This document shows positions 15,371-28,780 of a stretch of DNA of 64,000 nucleotides, in pieces. Position 1 is the first letter of the stretch. The number at the start of each line of letters is the position of its first letter. This stretch comes from Octopus sinensis. Its lineage: Eukaryota. The translations under genes were made by a program, and so were the position numbers. The notes beneath the pieces are model-generated. The model searched no databases, had not been told where the DNA came from, and saw only the letters and a list, made by a program, of their open reading frames with translations. Location: the NCBI RefSeq assembly GCF_006345805.1, contig NW_021832267.1:1-64000 (forward strand), given 5' to 3'.

Positions 15371-15749
15371 TATATCTCTTCACGCATCATTTACTTATAA
15401 GAAACAACTCACTTAAGACAGGAACTATAGCTAAGATTTTAATAGAATCGTAGACAACTAGTTTTTGCATGGGAAAGCGATCAAAATCCGAACGATTCAA
15501 AGGAAAATAATCGACTGTGTTAGTGTAATAATAAATACTTACAACATTTGGTGTTTTTATCGTTCTTTAACTTGGTCTTAGAAAATCACAGGTGCATGTG
15601 TGTGAGTGTACGATGTGTGGGAGTGTGTGTGTGTGTGTGTTTAATGTGTGTGCGAGTGTGTGTGGGGGGAGCAAGTGTGTGTGTCCGTGCAATATTGTAT
15701 GTATGTATGTATTTACTCCTTGACCTTTTACCTCTATTCTTTCTTTACT

Positions 15750-15785
15750 TTTTTTGATGAAGAACAGACGTCCGAAACGTGAAGA
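15750..15785 (+). ncRNA. Decayed hammerhead-like motif of the mini-element family
   Basis: TTGATGAA-GAAC-AGAC-GTCC-GAAAC-GTG-AAGA; GUG at the cleavage position suggests it is inactive. Confidence 0.5.
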
Positions 15786-15991
15786 CTCTTTCTCTTCCTT
15801 TCAAGCGTTCACTTTATAAACCCTTGTTAAAGAACACTACACTAACAAGTAAACATCTATATATTGGAGAGCGCAGTTCCTGTCATACTAGAAGATGTGT
15901 GGATCACATCAGAAACATCTCTGATCACATATCTGCTCTACCAGGGCTGCCTTAAGGCTAAAGACCACCAAGAACACCAACAGCAGCAGCA

Positions 15992-16373
15992 GTGGAGGCG
16001 CAATGGCCCAATGGTTAGGGCAGCAGACTCGCGGTCGGAGGATCGCGGTTTTGATTCCCTGACCGGGCGTTGTGTGTGTTTATTGAGCGAAAACACCTAA
16101 AGCTCCACGATGCTCCGGCAGGGGATGGTGGCGACCCCTGTTGTACTCTTTCGCTCCAACTTTCTCTCACTCTTTCTTCCAGTTTCTTGTCCCCGACTTC
16201 CTACGCAACCGCTGAGCCTGGCTGCGCATTCATCCATCCGTCGATGCTCTCGGTGTCGGGGATTGACCTGCTTTCTCTTCTGCGGGTCTTACGAATAGCA
16301 AAGGACCACGTTTCGGCCTTCTCCCACTCTGGGACGAAGACCGCTTTGCTCAACAAGCAAACAAACAAACAAA
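15992..16373 (+). mobile_element. tRNA-headed SINE, family B (probably Octopus OR1/OR2-type CORE-SINE), tail type 1
   Basis: GTGGAGGCGCAATGGCCCAATGGTTAGG A-box, GGTTTTGATTCCC B-box, (CAAA)n tail; near-TSD AACAGCAG(C/T)AGCAGT at 15979-15993 and 16372-16386. The OR assignment is from memory. Confidence 0.85.
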
Positions 16374-16574
16374 CAGCAGTAGCAGTAACCTCAGTAGCCG
16401 TGGCAGTAACAGCAGCCGCGGCAGTCGCAGCAGCAGCAGCAGCAGCAGCAGCGGTAGCAGTAGTAGCAGTTGCCTCAGTAGCAGCACTAGTTAAATTGAA
16501 CTGTTAAGAGTTAAGCATTTGTACTTCTACTTCATAATCATGTAGGGCAACTGTACTCCATCAGACAGAGAGTG

Positions 16575-16850
16575 GCTGGTTGCTATCGTGCCTCTATAAC
16601 TCAAGTGCGCCAAACATATTCGTCTCTCCACATCTTGTCACCCCTTTTGCGCCTGTTCCCTTCCAATCCTGCACTAATCCCTATTTCAAACCTATCCCCC
16701 TCTGAACTTCGCTCCACTGGAATTTTCTTCCTCCTCCTCCTTTCCTTTTTCCGAGTGATGGCTTCTAAAAGTTTATATAGAATATTAGTGACATCCAGCT
16801 CACCGGTCTCGGGGTGCCACGAAATGTTATGGCCCCTGCCCTTTTCTTCC
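16575..16850 (-). pseudogene. Degenerate 3' end of an RTE-type LINE
   Basis: ORF 16601-16885 has GH...NI...basic KKERRRR...W pattern reminiscent of the RTE C-terminus (GH.LR...GKR.RGRP...W...AQDR..WR); heavily decayed. Confidence 0.4.
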
Positions 16851-17321
16851 AATTGAGTAAAAACAAAAACAAACAAAATGTGCACTAAGTCTACTTAACA
16901 CGAGATTTTAATCGAATATCTTATACAGCAAAGTTGATTGATAATAAGAGTTACCTATGTTACACTTTACGCTCAAGAGCCGCAACATCTATTTTTAAAT
17001 TTGTATTTACTAATACAAAAATATACCGCTTCATATGATTACTCTCACAAATCGATTGATTAATCTCTGCTTTCTTCAGTCCTTTCATTGAGTTTTCCTT
17101 CTTCAGACTTGTAGGATTTTAAAGTTGTTTTAGATAAAACAACAATGATGCCAAATATTATTTCGGGAGTCTCACGTGGTAGCTTTGAGAATTGCATTAC
17201 CTTAAACGCTCACCTTTTTAGCCTCCAGGCGATAGTTAAATGCAAAATCTCCCACCAAATCTCCTTCAGACATTCAAACCGCCGTAATTTTCCCGTTGCA
17301 CACATATAAACACACACACAC

Positions 17322-17475
17322 ATGACGGGGCCCTTCCCATTTCCGTTTACCAAATCTATTCAAAAGCTTTGATCGACCCAAAGCTATAGTAGAAGTAACT
17401 TGCCCAGTGCTACGCAATGGGATTGAACTCAGAACCATGTGGTTGCGAAGCAACCTTTGTGCCGCACAGCTACTT
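17322..17475 (-). mobile_element. 5' half of family C SINE
   Basis: TTTCCGTTTACCAAATCTATTCAAAAGCTTTG...GCTATAGTAGAAGTAACTTGCCCAGTGCTACGCAATGGGATTGAAC homologous to 30620-30775. Confidence 0.75.
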
Positions 17476-17506
17476 CTATATATACACAGCTACTTCTATA
17501 TATACA

Positions 17507-18469
17507 CAGTGGGGGGGGGGGGATAAATATTCGTGCATGTCAAAATTCTTTATTTACCTAATTTCTAAAGACCATAAAAGGGATATACCAATACTATATT
17601 TGCATACACATGCATAAACTAAGAATATGCAAAAGAAACTAATAAATTATAGTAACTAAGGAATTTATATACAATCATAAATATTCAGGGGTGAAAATAG
17701 TATTCGTACAGAACATAAATATCTGATAATTCTGATTTAATACTTCATAGCATAACCATTATTCAGTTCCACTTCAACCAATCTCTTCTTGTAGTTCTTA
17801 ATCAATGACTCGCGTGTTTCTTTAGGACATTTTTCCCATTATTTTTGACAAATTTTCTCCAAATCTGCAATGCGCGTTGGGGCTCTTGAATGAATTTTAA
17901 TTTTCAAATAACACCACAAATTTCAATGGGATTCAAGTCAGGTGACTGGCTTAGCCATTCTAATAATTTTATATTGTGATCGACAATCCATTTTTTTGGT
18001 AGCCTTCGCCGTAAAACCCACCCTTCACAAAGCTGGAGATTTTCTACAGAGGCCCATGAATTATTGTTCAAAATATTTTGGTACATTTCTGCATTCACTC
18101 TACCATCTATCACATGTAAGTTGTCAGTACTATTTGCAGAGAAACACCCCCACACCATGATGTTGCCACCTCCAAACTTTATGGTGGGAATAGTGTTTTT
18201 CGGCGAATAGGCAGTACCATCTTTCATCCAAACATGGCAACGCGAATTTTGTCCAAACAATTCAATTTTCGACTGTACAAGTACTTCCACCCCCCCCCAA
18301 TATTTATGATTGTATATAAACTCCTTAGTTACTATAATATATTATTTTCTTTTGCATATTCTTAGTTTATGCATGTGTATGCATATATAGTATTAGTATA
18401 TCCCTTTTATGTTCATTAGAAATTAAATAAAGAATTTTGACATGTACGAATATTTATTTCCCACCACTG
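17507..18469 (-). mobile_element. Internally deleted Tc1-family DNA transposon with about 185-bp TIRs
   Basis: TIRs 17507-17691 and 18290-18469 (CAGTGG...CCACTG, TA on the right side); encloses a transposase fragment. Confidence 0.93.
17780..18280 (-). pseudogene. Tc1 DDE transposase catalytic and C-terminal fragment
   Basis: ORF 17904-18290: SKIELFG, PTIKFGGGNIMVWGCFS, WLSQSPDLNPIE, which are Tc1 DD34E hallmarks; N-terminal HTH missing and second-D region deleted or frameshifted. Confidence 0.93.
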
Positions 18470-18514
18470 TATGTATATATATGTGTGTGTGTGCGTGTGT
18501 GTGTATGTATATGT

Positions 18515-18812
18515 ATATTCCATTGTGTCTGGGGAGAGTCATTTTCCTTTTGTGCCTTATTATGTAACACACTCACCGGTAGAGGGAACGCAGTGTATAT
18601 AACGGACAGAGTCAAAACTATTGAAAAGGTTGCAAGACGCAACGAAAATTTTAGGACAATAAAAGTAAGAAAAATGTGGAAATTTTACCGGTGAGTGTAT
18701 TACATAATAAGGCACAAAAAGAAAATGACTCTCCCCAGACACAAGAGAATATGCTTCAACACACGAACTCATATAAAGAATCTTGCAAACCAAATCCAAA
18801 AACGAAATGTAC
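18515..18812. mobile_element. Penelope-like non-coding element: 67-bp inverted repeat (18515-18581 / 18686-18752) enclosing a hammerhead variant (18611-18657, plus strand)
   Basis: Arms match 63 of 67 by eye; spacer reads GTC-AAAA-CTA TTGAAAAG GTTGC AAGAC GCAAC GAAAATTT TAG-GAC. Confidence 0.6.
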
Positions 18813-19844
18813 ATATTATATACATATATATTATATATATATATTATATATATAATATTAGTATGCTATATATAACGTACACATTATATAACATATTACT
18901 AGACATTTCAAGATACACTATAGTTAAATAAGATACCACGATGGTCAAGGATTGGACACCGGTTACCATAGGTCTTTTCTATTAGATATGAATTACGATA
19001 TAAAACAAATATAGAAATTTTATTGACATAATTTTCGTTACATGTGTCCTATAATAATCATTTCAATATATATTCAAAGTTACATATTTAAGTCAATTTT
19101 TAACATTCCTACTTATATATATTTGTAGTTTTTATTTTACTTTACTCTTTTTTTTATTTTATATATTCACCTAGTTTCTTATCTCTTTTTTTTAACCTAG
19201 ATTTCTAATTTATTTTTTATATTTTTTCGAGACACCATTTTGTCTAATTAATGATCAGGGTGAATGATGAGTGGCTAACATCAGAGCACGCGTCGTACAT
19301 CCATTTATAATACACAACATTACTGGGATATGGGGCCGCCTCGGGACATTTTCGTTTCTAAAAAAACGTGTTTCTTTGAATGAAAGCTTGTTAACAACAA
19401 AATTTACGTGCATAAGTGTGTGTGTGTGTGTGTGTGCGTGCTTGTGTATATGTGTCTGTGTGTCTGTATGTGTACTAATGCACACATATACATATGCATA
19501 CATACACACTAAGACGCTCCCACCCACTCGTCTTCCACTGACCCATCCTCCTACAAACACATACACATATGCACGCACACATACACATGCACATACACAC
19601 GCACACACTTTAACAAACACACACACATACATATGCACGCACACGTATATATGTAAAGATAGAGCGACACAGGAGACAGATAGGCTTATAAGCAGCAAAC
19701 TGGCAGAGTTGACAGAGCGCAGGATGGAATGCCCAAGAAAGGCTGTATATCAGGACGGCACCCCTGCGACTCTCGACAGACTCAGGCATAAGAAAGAAGG
19801 AAAGTATGTGTAGATCTATCTATCTATCTATCTATCTATCTATT

Positions 19845-19953
<109 letters not shown>

Positions 19954-19991
19954 ATATATATAATATATATATATATATTGTATATATATAT

Positions 19992-20055
<64 letters not shown>

Positions 20056-20156
20056 ATTGAATTTATCTATCTATCTTTCTATCTAACTATCTATCTATCT
20101 GTCTGTCTGTGTGTCTATCTCTTTCTATATATTTCTCTATCTATCTATCAATCTAT

Positions 20157-22412
20157 TCTACTGCAACTGGCAGCAAACCCGGAGTATCCCCAGTTTTGTG
20201 AGCCGAGGAGCGGTCACCCTGCTAAAGAGAGACCCAAACAAGGGGGACATTATAGATAATTTGCGGTCCATCACTTTGCTCGACGCAGATTTGAAGATTT
20301 TGGCTAAGGTACTAGCCGTGAGGTTGGCGCTTGTCATCGAGAAACTAGTCGACAAGGCGCAAACGTGCGCCGTACCAAGCAGAAGTTTCCATGACAACCT
20401 CCATCTGATGCGCTACATCATAGACAGATTAGTTAAGGAACCTGACATGGGTGGGGCACAGATCAATTTGGATCAATCGAAAGCTTTCGATAGGGTCGAT
20501 CAGCGTTATTTGGAGGCTGTCCTTAGGGCGGCTAGTTTCGGTCCCGTCTTCCGTAGTTGGATCACTGCTTTATACAGCGGCATCCGCTCGGTAGTTTGCT
20601 TACATGGTCATCTATCTAGACCATTTAAAATCACGCGTTCAGTCCATCAAGGATGCCCCCACTCGTCGTTTCAGTATGTATTGACTCTAAAGCAACTACT
20701 GCGGAAGCAGGCGAAGCTTAGGGGCATCCCGCGAGAATTGGGATGCGGGAGGAGCGTGTCTGCATGCTCGGACGATGTCACCGTCATAGTATTGAGTCAC
20801 AAGCATTTCGACCTGGTCGACGAGACACCAAAAGAATACGAAGCGGTTATGGGAGCAAAAACTAACCGGGAAAAGTCAGTGGGTTTGCAGCTCAGCACCT
20901 GGAGAAGCAAACCTATGCCGTCCAATAGCGTAACCATCGTGGGACACTGGACCGGTTAAATTGACGGGGTTTGGTTCGGTCCGGGACGAGATAACGAGTA
21001 GGGTGAGCACTCTCACCCAGCAATGGGCCGAGAGGAAGCTATGTCTAAAAGGTCAGGTTGAGTGGCGGATGCGTACATCACCTCCATCATCTACTACTCT
21101 TTGACTGTCGTGCCTTGCCCCGACCCTACCATCACAAAACTAAAATGCTTACTCTTCCGCTTTTTGTGGAAGGGAAGCGTTCCGATGGTCAGGTAATCTA
21201 TATGCTGCCAACATCCGCTAAGTGGAGGGCTGGGCATGCTGTAGTAAATGATGCGTAGACACGCGCTGAGACTGCGACATCTCCAGCGTTTCATAGACGA
21301 CGATGAACAGGTGTGGTCGCCGTTTGTGAGACGCGCTTTCCTGCAGCTCCTCTCTTTCACTGAAATGCAATCGTGGATCAAAGAAAGACCGAGGCTGGGC
21401 GAATAGTAGCGCGAGTGTTGCCATGCTCTCCAGTAAGTCTGCAATCCAGGATTAAACTAGTGCGACTTCAATTTCCAGAAGGCGTTCTATAGCGGATTAG
21501 TAGAGGGGGAGGTGCGACGACGGTCTTGGGGAGACCCTGGGCGTCAACGAGTAATATCTAGCCCGCCTCATCAGGACCACTTTCGGGTCGGGACCTATGG
21601 ACAATTTCCAGAGATCCCTGACCTGGCCTGACAGTGCTATCGGGATGCCATGCTCGTTCGGGATAAGCTCTACAAGCACGGTTCAAGATACACCGGACCG
21701 AATTGCCTGAGATGCGGTCAGAGCAACGAAACTGTTCTGCGCGCACTCGTGCAATGTCCAAACATTTCAGACCTGTGGGTTTATGTCGAACGGCTGCTGT
21801 CACGTGTGGGACGAACTCGGTTGTCGGCCGAGTCTATCGTGAATATTGCCCCACCACATTCCTTTAACAGAGAAGGCAAGACAGTTTTCATTGTACTGGT
21901 GGCTATGGTGAAAGAATGTGTGTTGTGGGCTCATGTGACATGTTTAGAGACAAACACTTTCCTCTCTGGTCAACTTCTCATCAATTTCCTCAAGTATCAC
22001 TTGAAGAAGGTGGCAATAGAGAAGGAAGTTTTGTTAAATGAAAGGTTCGACAAAAGGTGGGTGAATGTGGCAAGGATGGTACAAATATATGACGAAAATA
22101 CCTTGAGCACGATCTTATAAAGCAGACAGAGAAAGAGTGCTTTGTTTCCATGTTAATGTTTTGCTTTTTCGTTTCCGAGGTTACCGTTCTTTTTCGTAGG
22201 TTTTTCTTTCCACGGATAAACCTAGTTAATGTTACATTGCCTCCCGCCATTGGGAACTCTATTTGTTAACAAAGATTTTTGTGTTATTTCCCTGTTTTTC
22301 ACGTCCAAAAAAAAAAAGAAGGTTTTTCGCTCCCTTGTGATCGATTTCGAAAAACAAAAATTCTATAATGTATTGTCCCTTCTGTGTTCGGCCCTGAGTG
22401 GTTAATAAAGAG
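20157..22412 (+). mobile_element. 5'-truncated L1-superfamily (Tx1-like) LINE, ORF2 pseudogene
   Basis: RT motifs RSITLLDADLKILAKVLA, LDQSKAFDRVD, QGCPHS, SDDVTV (ORF 20111-20959); C-terminal CLRCGQSNETVLRALVQC knuckle (ORF 21650-22120); T-rich 3' UTR, AATAAA at 22404; flanked by (TCTA)n with candidate TSD 20139-20156 / 22413-22430. Confidence 0.92.
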
Positions 22413-23010
<598 letters not shown>

Positions 23011-23539
23011 TCACTCTACCTATCCACATACACATATACATAATATATACATGCATACATGCATACACACATACATACACACACACAAATATATATTCGC
23101 CTGTGTGTGTGTGTACATGTTTCTGCGTTGTTTCGTATACGGTTGTGACCTAGTTATATCTTTCTATCGAGTTATTGAGATTCCCGCCACTTTTTTCCCA
23201 AATTCCATGAGTTCCTTGCAGTTTCGATGATTAACATTCCTTATCCCATCGCTTACGTATCTAAGTCACATCTTACTTTAATACTATTCTAACCAAACAT
23301 TAAATTTAAAGCGCTTCTTTTCAATAACTGTTCTCATGTAAACACTAGCACTAACTACTATGAGTAGTGTGATTCACAATTACGATTACAAACGTGAAAA
23401 TTGTAATCTTACATCACTATAACTGTTAATCTTCTGTCAGTTCACGATAGATTTACTAAGATTAATATATATATCGCATAGAATAAAAACGAAACGCGAG
23501 TGGACAACACATCTCTACTCTACAGAATTCTACACAAAT

Positions 23540-24445
23540 GTAGGCCAATAATGATGGAAGAATTTCTGATAGTACAGTACAATGCTAAAATAAACAAATT
23601 TTCGACTATAAAGAAACAGCGACACACGCCAAAATGACTTTGCCCTAAAGATAAGATTGTGAAAGTCTAAATAACTTGGTGGTGGGTTTAGGATCCATAT
23701 TATTCCAAGAAAGCTACAAGGAACTCTTAAGAAACTAAGCTATTTTGGAATCTGAAACTCACTTACTGAAAACCACAAATTTATAAAAGCTGTATGAGCA
23801 ATTTTATAATGTTTTCGGTAACCAAGTGTATCATATACAAATAAATGAGAAGAGTTCTTCAATATAAGAGGTCAACATAGAGAAATAGCAACCATTATTA
23901 TGTCGATATAGAGAATTATATGGAGAAACCTGATAGGTTTCAGATACTAGAAGAGATGTTAAAAAGACTCTAGCAGATACTTTTCAAAATCGTGTCGAAC
24001 AGTGGGTAGCCACCTAAAAAAATATTGAAAAGAAATATATCCCTTTTCCATAAGAAAGGAAATAGAAACGGAGCTAGAAATTACAGGTATATCCGGGGCT
24101 TCATATGTCAGCTAAGTAATTGAAGAAATTATTACAGGTGAGGACAATTATTTAATGACTAGCAATTTGCTCTTTAAACAACGCCTGCGCCATTACGAAT
24201 GATCATTGAAGCAATTACTCGGTTGTTAAGATATGAATGTGGTACATTTTGTCTTCAGGAAAGATTTTGACGATGTTGACTTTAGAATGATGTCCAAGAA
24301 ACTAGGCGATATTGGAATTATTAAAAGAACTAAGAGAGTATTTGCATGGATTTTAAAAAGAAGTTAAGCGGTTGCAGCCAACGATACTCTTTCAAAGATT
24401 ATAATAATAATTAGTAGACTCTTCCAAGGAACTATCTGGGAAACT
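23540..24445 (+). pseudogene. Decayed CR1/L2-type LINE reverse transcriptase
   Basis: AATTACAGG (NYR, from NYRPISL) near 24080; 24230-24440 translates roughly DMNVVHFVFRKDFDDVDFRMMSKKLGDIGI...AVAAND...LFQGTIW, a decayed form of the CR1 motifs DVIYLDFAKAFDKVDH...GVPQGTVLG. Confidence 0.75.
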
Positions 24446-24462
24446 AAATGTTTGTACTCTCC

Positions 24463-24499
<37 letters not shown>

Positions 24500-24876
24500 G
24501 CTTTCAGTCATACGAACTAATTAAATCGTTAGTTATGCAAAGGATAGGAAAATATCAAAAGCAATCAAGAACCACAATGGGGTCAGAACCCCTCCCAACC
24601 TTCGCAAAGACGTCAGTACACCGAACAAATGGTTCAAGATAGAAATGTACAGTGAACGTATCCAAAAGAATAATGAAAATTTTGCTACCGAAGATCACAG
24701 ATGACAAGTAGCCCAGTTTTATCATTCTATCTCAATGACAATAAGATCAACTACAGAAAGTTGTAGCAACATCGGCAATATTGCTGGTGTTGCCACCAAA
24801 TGGCCGCAAGCATCAGGCTAAAAGTACTAATATAGCAAATGAATAAAAGAACATCTTTCAGTCTATGTATATATGC

Positions 24877-24909
<33 letters not shown>

Positions 24910-25609
24910 TGTATGTATGTATGTATGTATGTATGTATGTATGTATGTATGCATGTATCTTTCTATCTTTCTATCTGTCTGTCGATCGATCGATCCACTT
25001 ATCAATATATTTATGTTTGTGTGCGTGTGTGTACGCGAGTGTGTCTTAGTGCGTGGGATGTGAGTGTTATGTGTGTATATGTGCGTGTGTACGTGCACGT
25101 GGGTGTCTGTGCAAACAGCAAATAACACAAAAGACAATAGCAACCTCCCTCTCTCACCAAAAGTTACAGGCACACATACATATCAACCATCACATCCATA
25201 TATACACGCCCACGCACACCCGACACACTCACACAAAAACACACAGAACCACACACACACATTCATACATGTTCATACACACCCACTAATACGCACACAC
25301 ACACGTCTTACATACACTCACACACACACACGTCATACATACACTCACACACACACACACACACACACACACAAAGACACTCATACATACGAGACGACTG
25401 AACAAAAACTTCGCCTGAATGTAAAAGAGACTAACAAGTTCGTTAAAGCGATCGAAAATAGAATTAAATTTAAGTGAAGTTTTCGCGTCTGGAATATGTT
25501 TACAATTAATTAGATTGTTACGATAACAGTACAGGGTAAACATTGCCTATATTAATGTAGGTCAACATGTGTATACTCACTTGCCCCCATCTCACTATAC
25601 AACTTATTC

Positions 25610-25681
<72 letters not shown>

Positions 25682-25812
25682 TACACGAATATTTGTAATT
25701 GCACACACACACACACATATATATATATACACGTAAATGTATCTAAATATATCTACATAAATATGTGCATATATATGTGTGTACGTGTGTGTGTATACTT
25801 ATGTATGTATGC

Positions 25813-25854
<42 letters not shown>

Positions 25855-25945
25855 ATTAGCTGGACTCGTATACATACCCATTATTTTATTATTTTTATCT
25901 GGCCGCTAGTATATACAAAAAACACGCACATTCATATGTATACAT

Positions 25946-26002
<57 letters not shown>

Positions 26003-26020
26003 CACATATATATATATATA

Positions 26021-26096
<76 letters not shown>

Positions 26097-26355
26097 ATAT
26101 ATAAATACACATATATATATATATAAATATACATATATATATATATATATAATATATATATATATTATATATATAATATATATATATATATATAATATAT
26201 ATATATATATATACATACATACATGCATACACATATATACATACATAAACAACCACACACACATATAAAGTATAAATAGTTAGCTAGCTAGCAAGATAGT
26301 TAGATAGACAGACAGATAGGCAGACAGACAAACAGTGAGACAGACAGACAGACAT

Positions 26356-26408
<53 letters not shown>

Positions 26409-26414
26409 GATAGG

Positions 26415-26484
<70 letters not shown>

Positions 26485-26930
26485 AACCATATAGATAAAC
26501 ACGATATAGATATCTACATATAGACAAGACAGATATATAGATAAATATGATATAATGAAATACACGTACACTCACGTGCGTATGTATGTAGGTGTCTATG
26601 TGTGTTTTTGTACTTCATTAGCATTCAAACTCCGACTAATATATGTACAGGCAAACATACACATTAATCTATATTTCAATATATATTCACACAGCAAGCA
26701 TACGTACATACACTTGAGCTAATGAAAGTCAAAACACTAGGAGATTTAGCGAACTTATTTTTCATTGGTTTCTCAGTCTATGTATCTAATCGTATATATA
26801 TATATATATATTATATATATATATATATATATAATATAAGAATATATATATATATACAATATATATGTTTTCTCTCTCTCTCTTTCTTTCTCTCTCTCTC
26901 CCTCTCTCTCTCTCTTCTTCTCTATTTTTC

Positions 26931-26966
26931 CTTTCTGTCGAAGAACGTTCGCTTGAAACGTCAAAG
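26931..26966 (+). ncRNA. Hammerhead-like motif of the mini-element family
   Basis: CTTT-CTGTCGAA-GAAC-GTTC-GCTT-GAAAC-GTC-AAAG; stem I CTTT/AAAG and GUC triplet intact, stem II eroded. Confidence 0.6.
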
Positions 26967-27027
26967 ACTTTTCCATTGTTCCTGACCGTCATACACGCAC
27001 GCGCGCGCACGCACATATATGTGTGTT

Positions 27028-27058
<31 letters not shown>

Positions 27059-27162
27059 GCACACACACAAGACAAGGTATGAATAATGGTTATTATATGT
27101 TTTTATTTATTGCAGTAAATTTCCCGCATATACTTACATACACACATACATATATATATTTA

Positions 27163-27215
<53 letters not shown>

Positions 27216-27284
27216 TTTAAAATATACTTAAAAATGGGGTTCTGCTAATTGCAATACACAACTAAATATCAGGTTCAGATAATG

Positions 27285-27409
<125 letters not shown>

Positions 27410-27413
27410 TAAT

Positions 27414-28256
27414 ATCCCTCCACGGTAAATACTGGACTAAAACTAAATGCAAAAGAAATAGACAAAGAAAAATCCCAGCAATGTTTGAGAAGCTCAGGAC
27501 TCAAAGCAGAGACAGAGGGATTTTTAATTGCAGCACAAGACCAAAGCCTCCCCACCAGAAATTACCAAAAACAGGTAATGAAAAGAAATATAACAAGTAA
27601 CTGCAGAATATGTGGAGATGGACAAGAAACAATAAATCATATTATCTCTGGCTGCCCAGTCCTGGCTAAGAAGAAATATATTCACAGACATGACAGAGCT
27701 GGAACCTACATACACTGGAAGCTATGCCAACATTATGGAATAACAACAGAAAAAAGATGGTATAGGCACACACCAGAAAAGGTCACAGAAAACGAGAAAG
27801 CAACCATACTCTGGGATATGCCGATACACACAGATAGAGAAATTAAGGCCAACAGACCAGATATAGTTGTCAGAGATCATGAAGGAAAAAAATGCTTTCT
27901 AATTGATGTGTCAATACCGGCAGATGACAACGTGTCTCTAAAAGAAATGGAGAAACTTTCAAAATGCAAAGACCTGGAAATTGGTAACCAGAATGTGGAA
28001 TCTAAAACAAAAACAGAAACAATTCCTATCATAGTAGGTGCATTAGGCATGATAAAAAAATATTCAGACAAATACATAACAAAAACACCAGGACTTACAA
28101 ACACATATAACATACAGAAAATTGCACTACAGGCACTGCACACATCCTACGCAGAACACTATCAGGCATCACAAAAAATCACAGCACACATACCCAAGGC
28201 ACACAGAGCTGCGCTCGGTAGTGAGTGAAAGCACGCTATAAAAATAAAACTACTGA
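27414..28256 (+). mobile_element. 5'-truncated R4/Dong-type RLE non-LTR retrotransposon (subfamily 1) in (TAA)n
   Basis: ORF 27485-28228: ETEGFLIAAQDQ, CCHC knuckle CRICGDGQETINHIISGC, RHD, ILWD, RPDIVV...LIDVSIP...EKLSK restriction-like endonuclease; short 3' UTR runs into (TAA)n. Confidence 0.93.
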
Positions 28257-28410
28257 ATACTATAATAATAATCATAATAATAATAATAATAATATAATAA
28301 TAATAATAATAACAATAATAATAATAATAATAATAATAACGATAACGATAATAATAATAATAATAATAAAATGATAATATAATAATAATAATAAAATAAT
28401 AACGATAACG

Positions 28411-28463
<53 letters not shown>

Positions 28464-28515
28464 GATAACGATAATAATAATAATAAAATAATGATAATAA
28501 TAATAATATAATAAT

Positions 28516-28701
28516 AAACACCAGGACTTACACACATATAACATACAGAAAATTGCACTATAGGCACTGCACACGTCCTACGCACAACTTTCCATACACA
28601 TACACCATCAGAGCATCACAACAAATCACAGCACATACCCAGGCACACAGAGCTGCGCTCGGTAGTGAAGTGAAAGCGCTCCTATAAAAAATAAAACTGC
28701 T

Positions 28702-28705
<4 letters not shown>
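28516..28705 (+). mobile_element. Second, shorter 3' end of the same R4/Dong subfamily
   Basis: Near-identical to 28083-28256 (ACACCAGGACTTAC...GCTGCGCTCGGTAGTGA...ATAAAACT), flanked by (TAA)n. Confidence 0.9.
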
Positions 28706-28756
<51 letters not shown>

Positions 28757-28780
28757 TAATAATAATAATAATAATAATAA

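Noticed and set aside
15992-16070. tRNA gene-like sequence (also 51885-51960)
   Set aside because: No proper acceptor stem or T-run terminator; it continues into a SINE body.
19264-19298. ATGATGA-GTG..CAT..GAGCACGCGTC, like a ruined hammerhead
   Set aside because: Both core halves are mutated; too degenerate to call.
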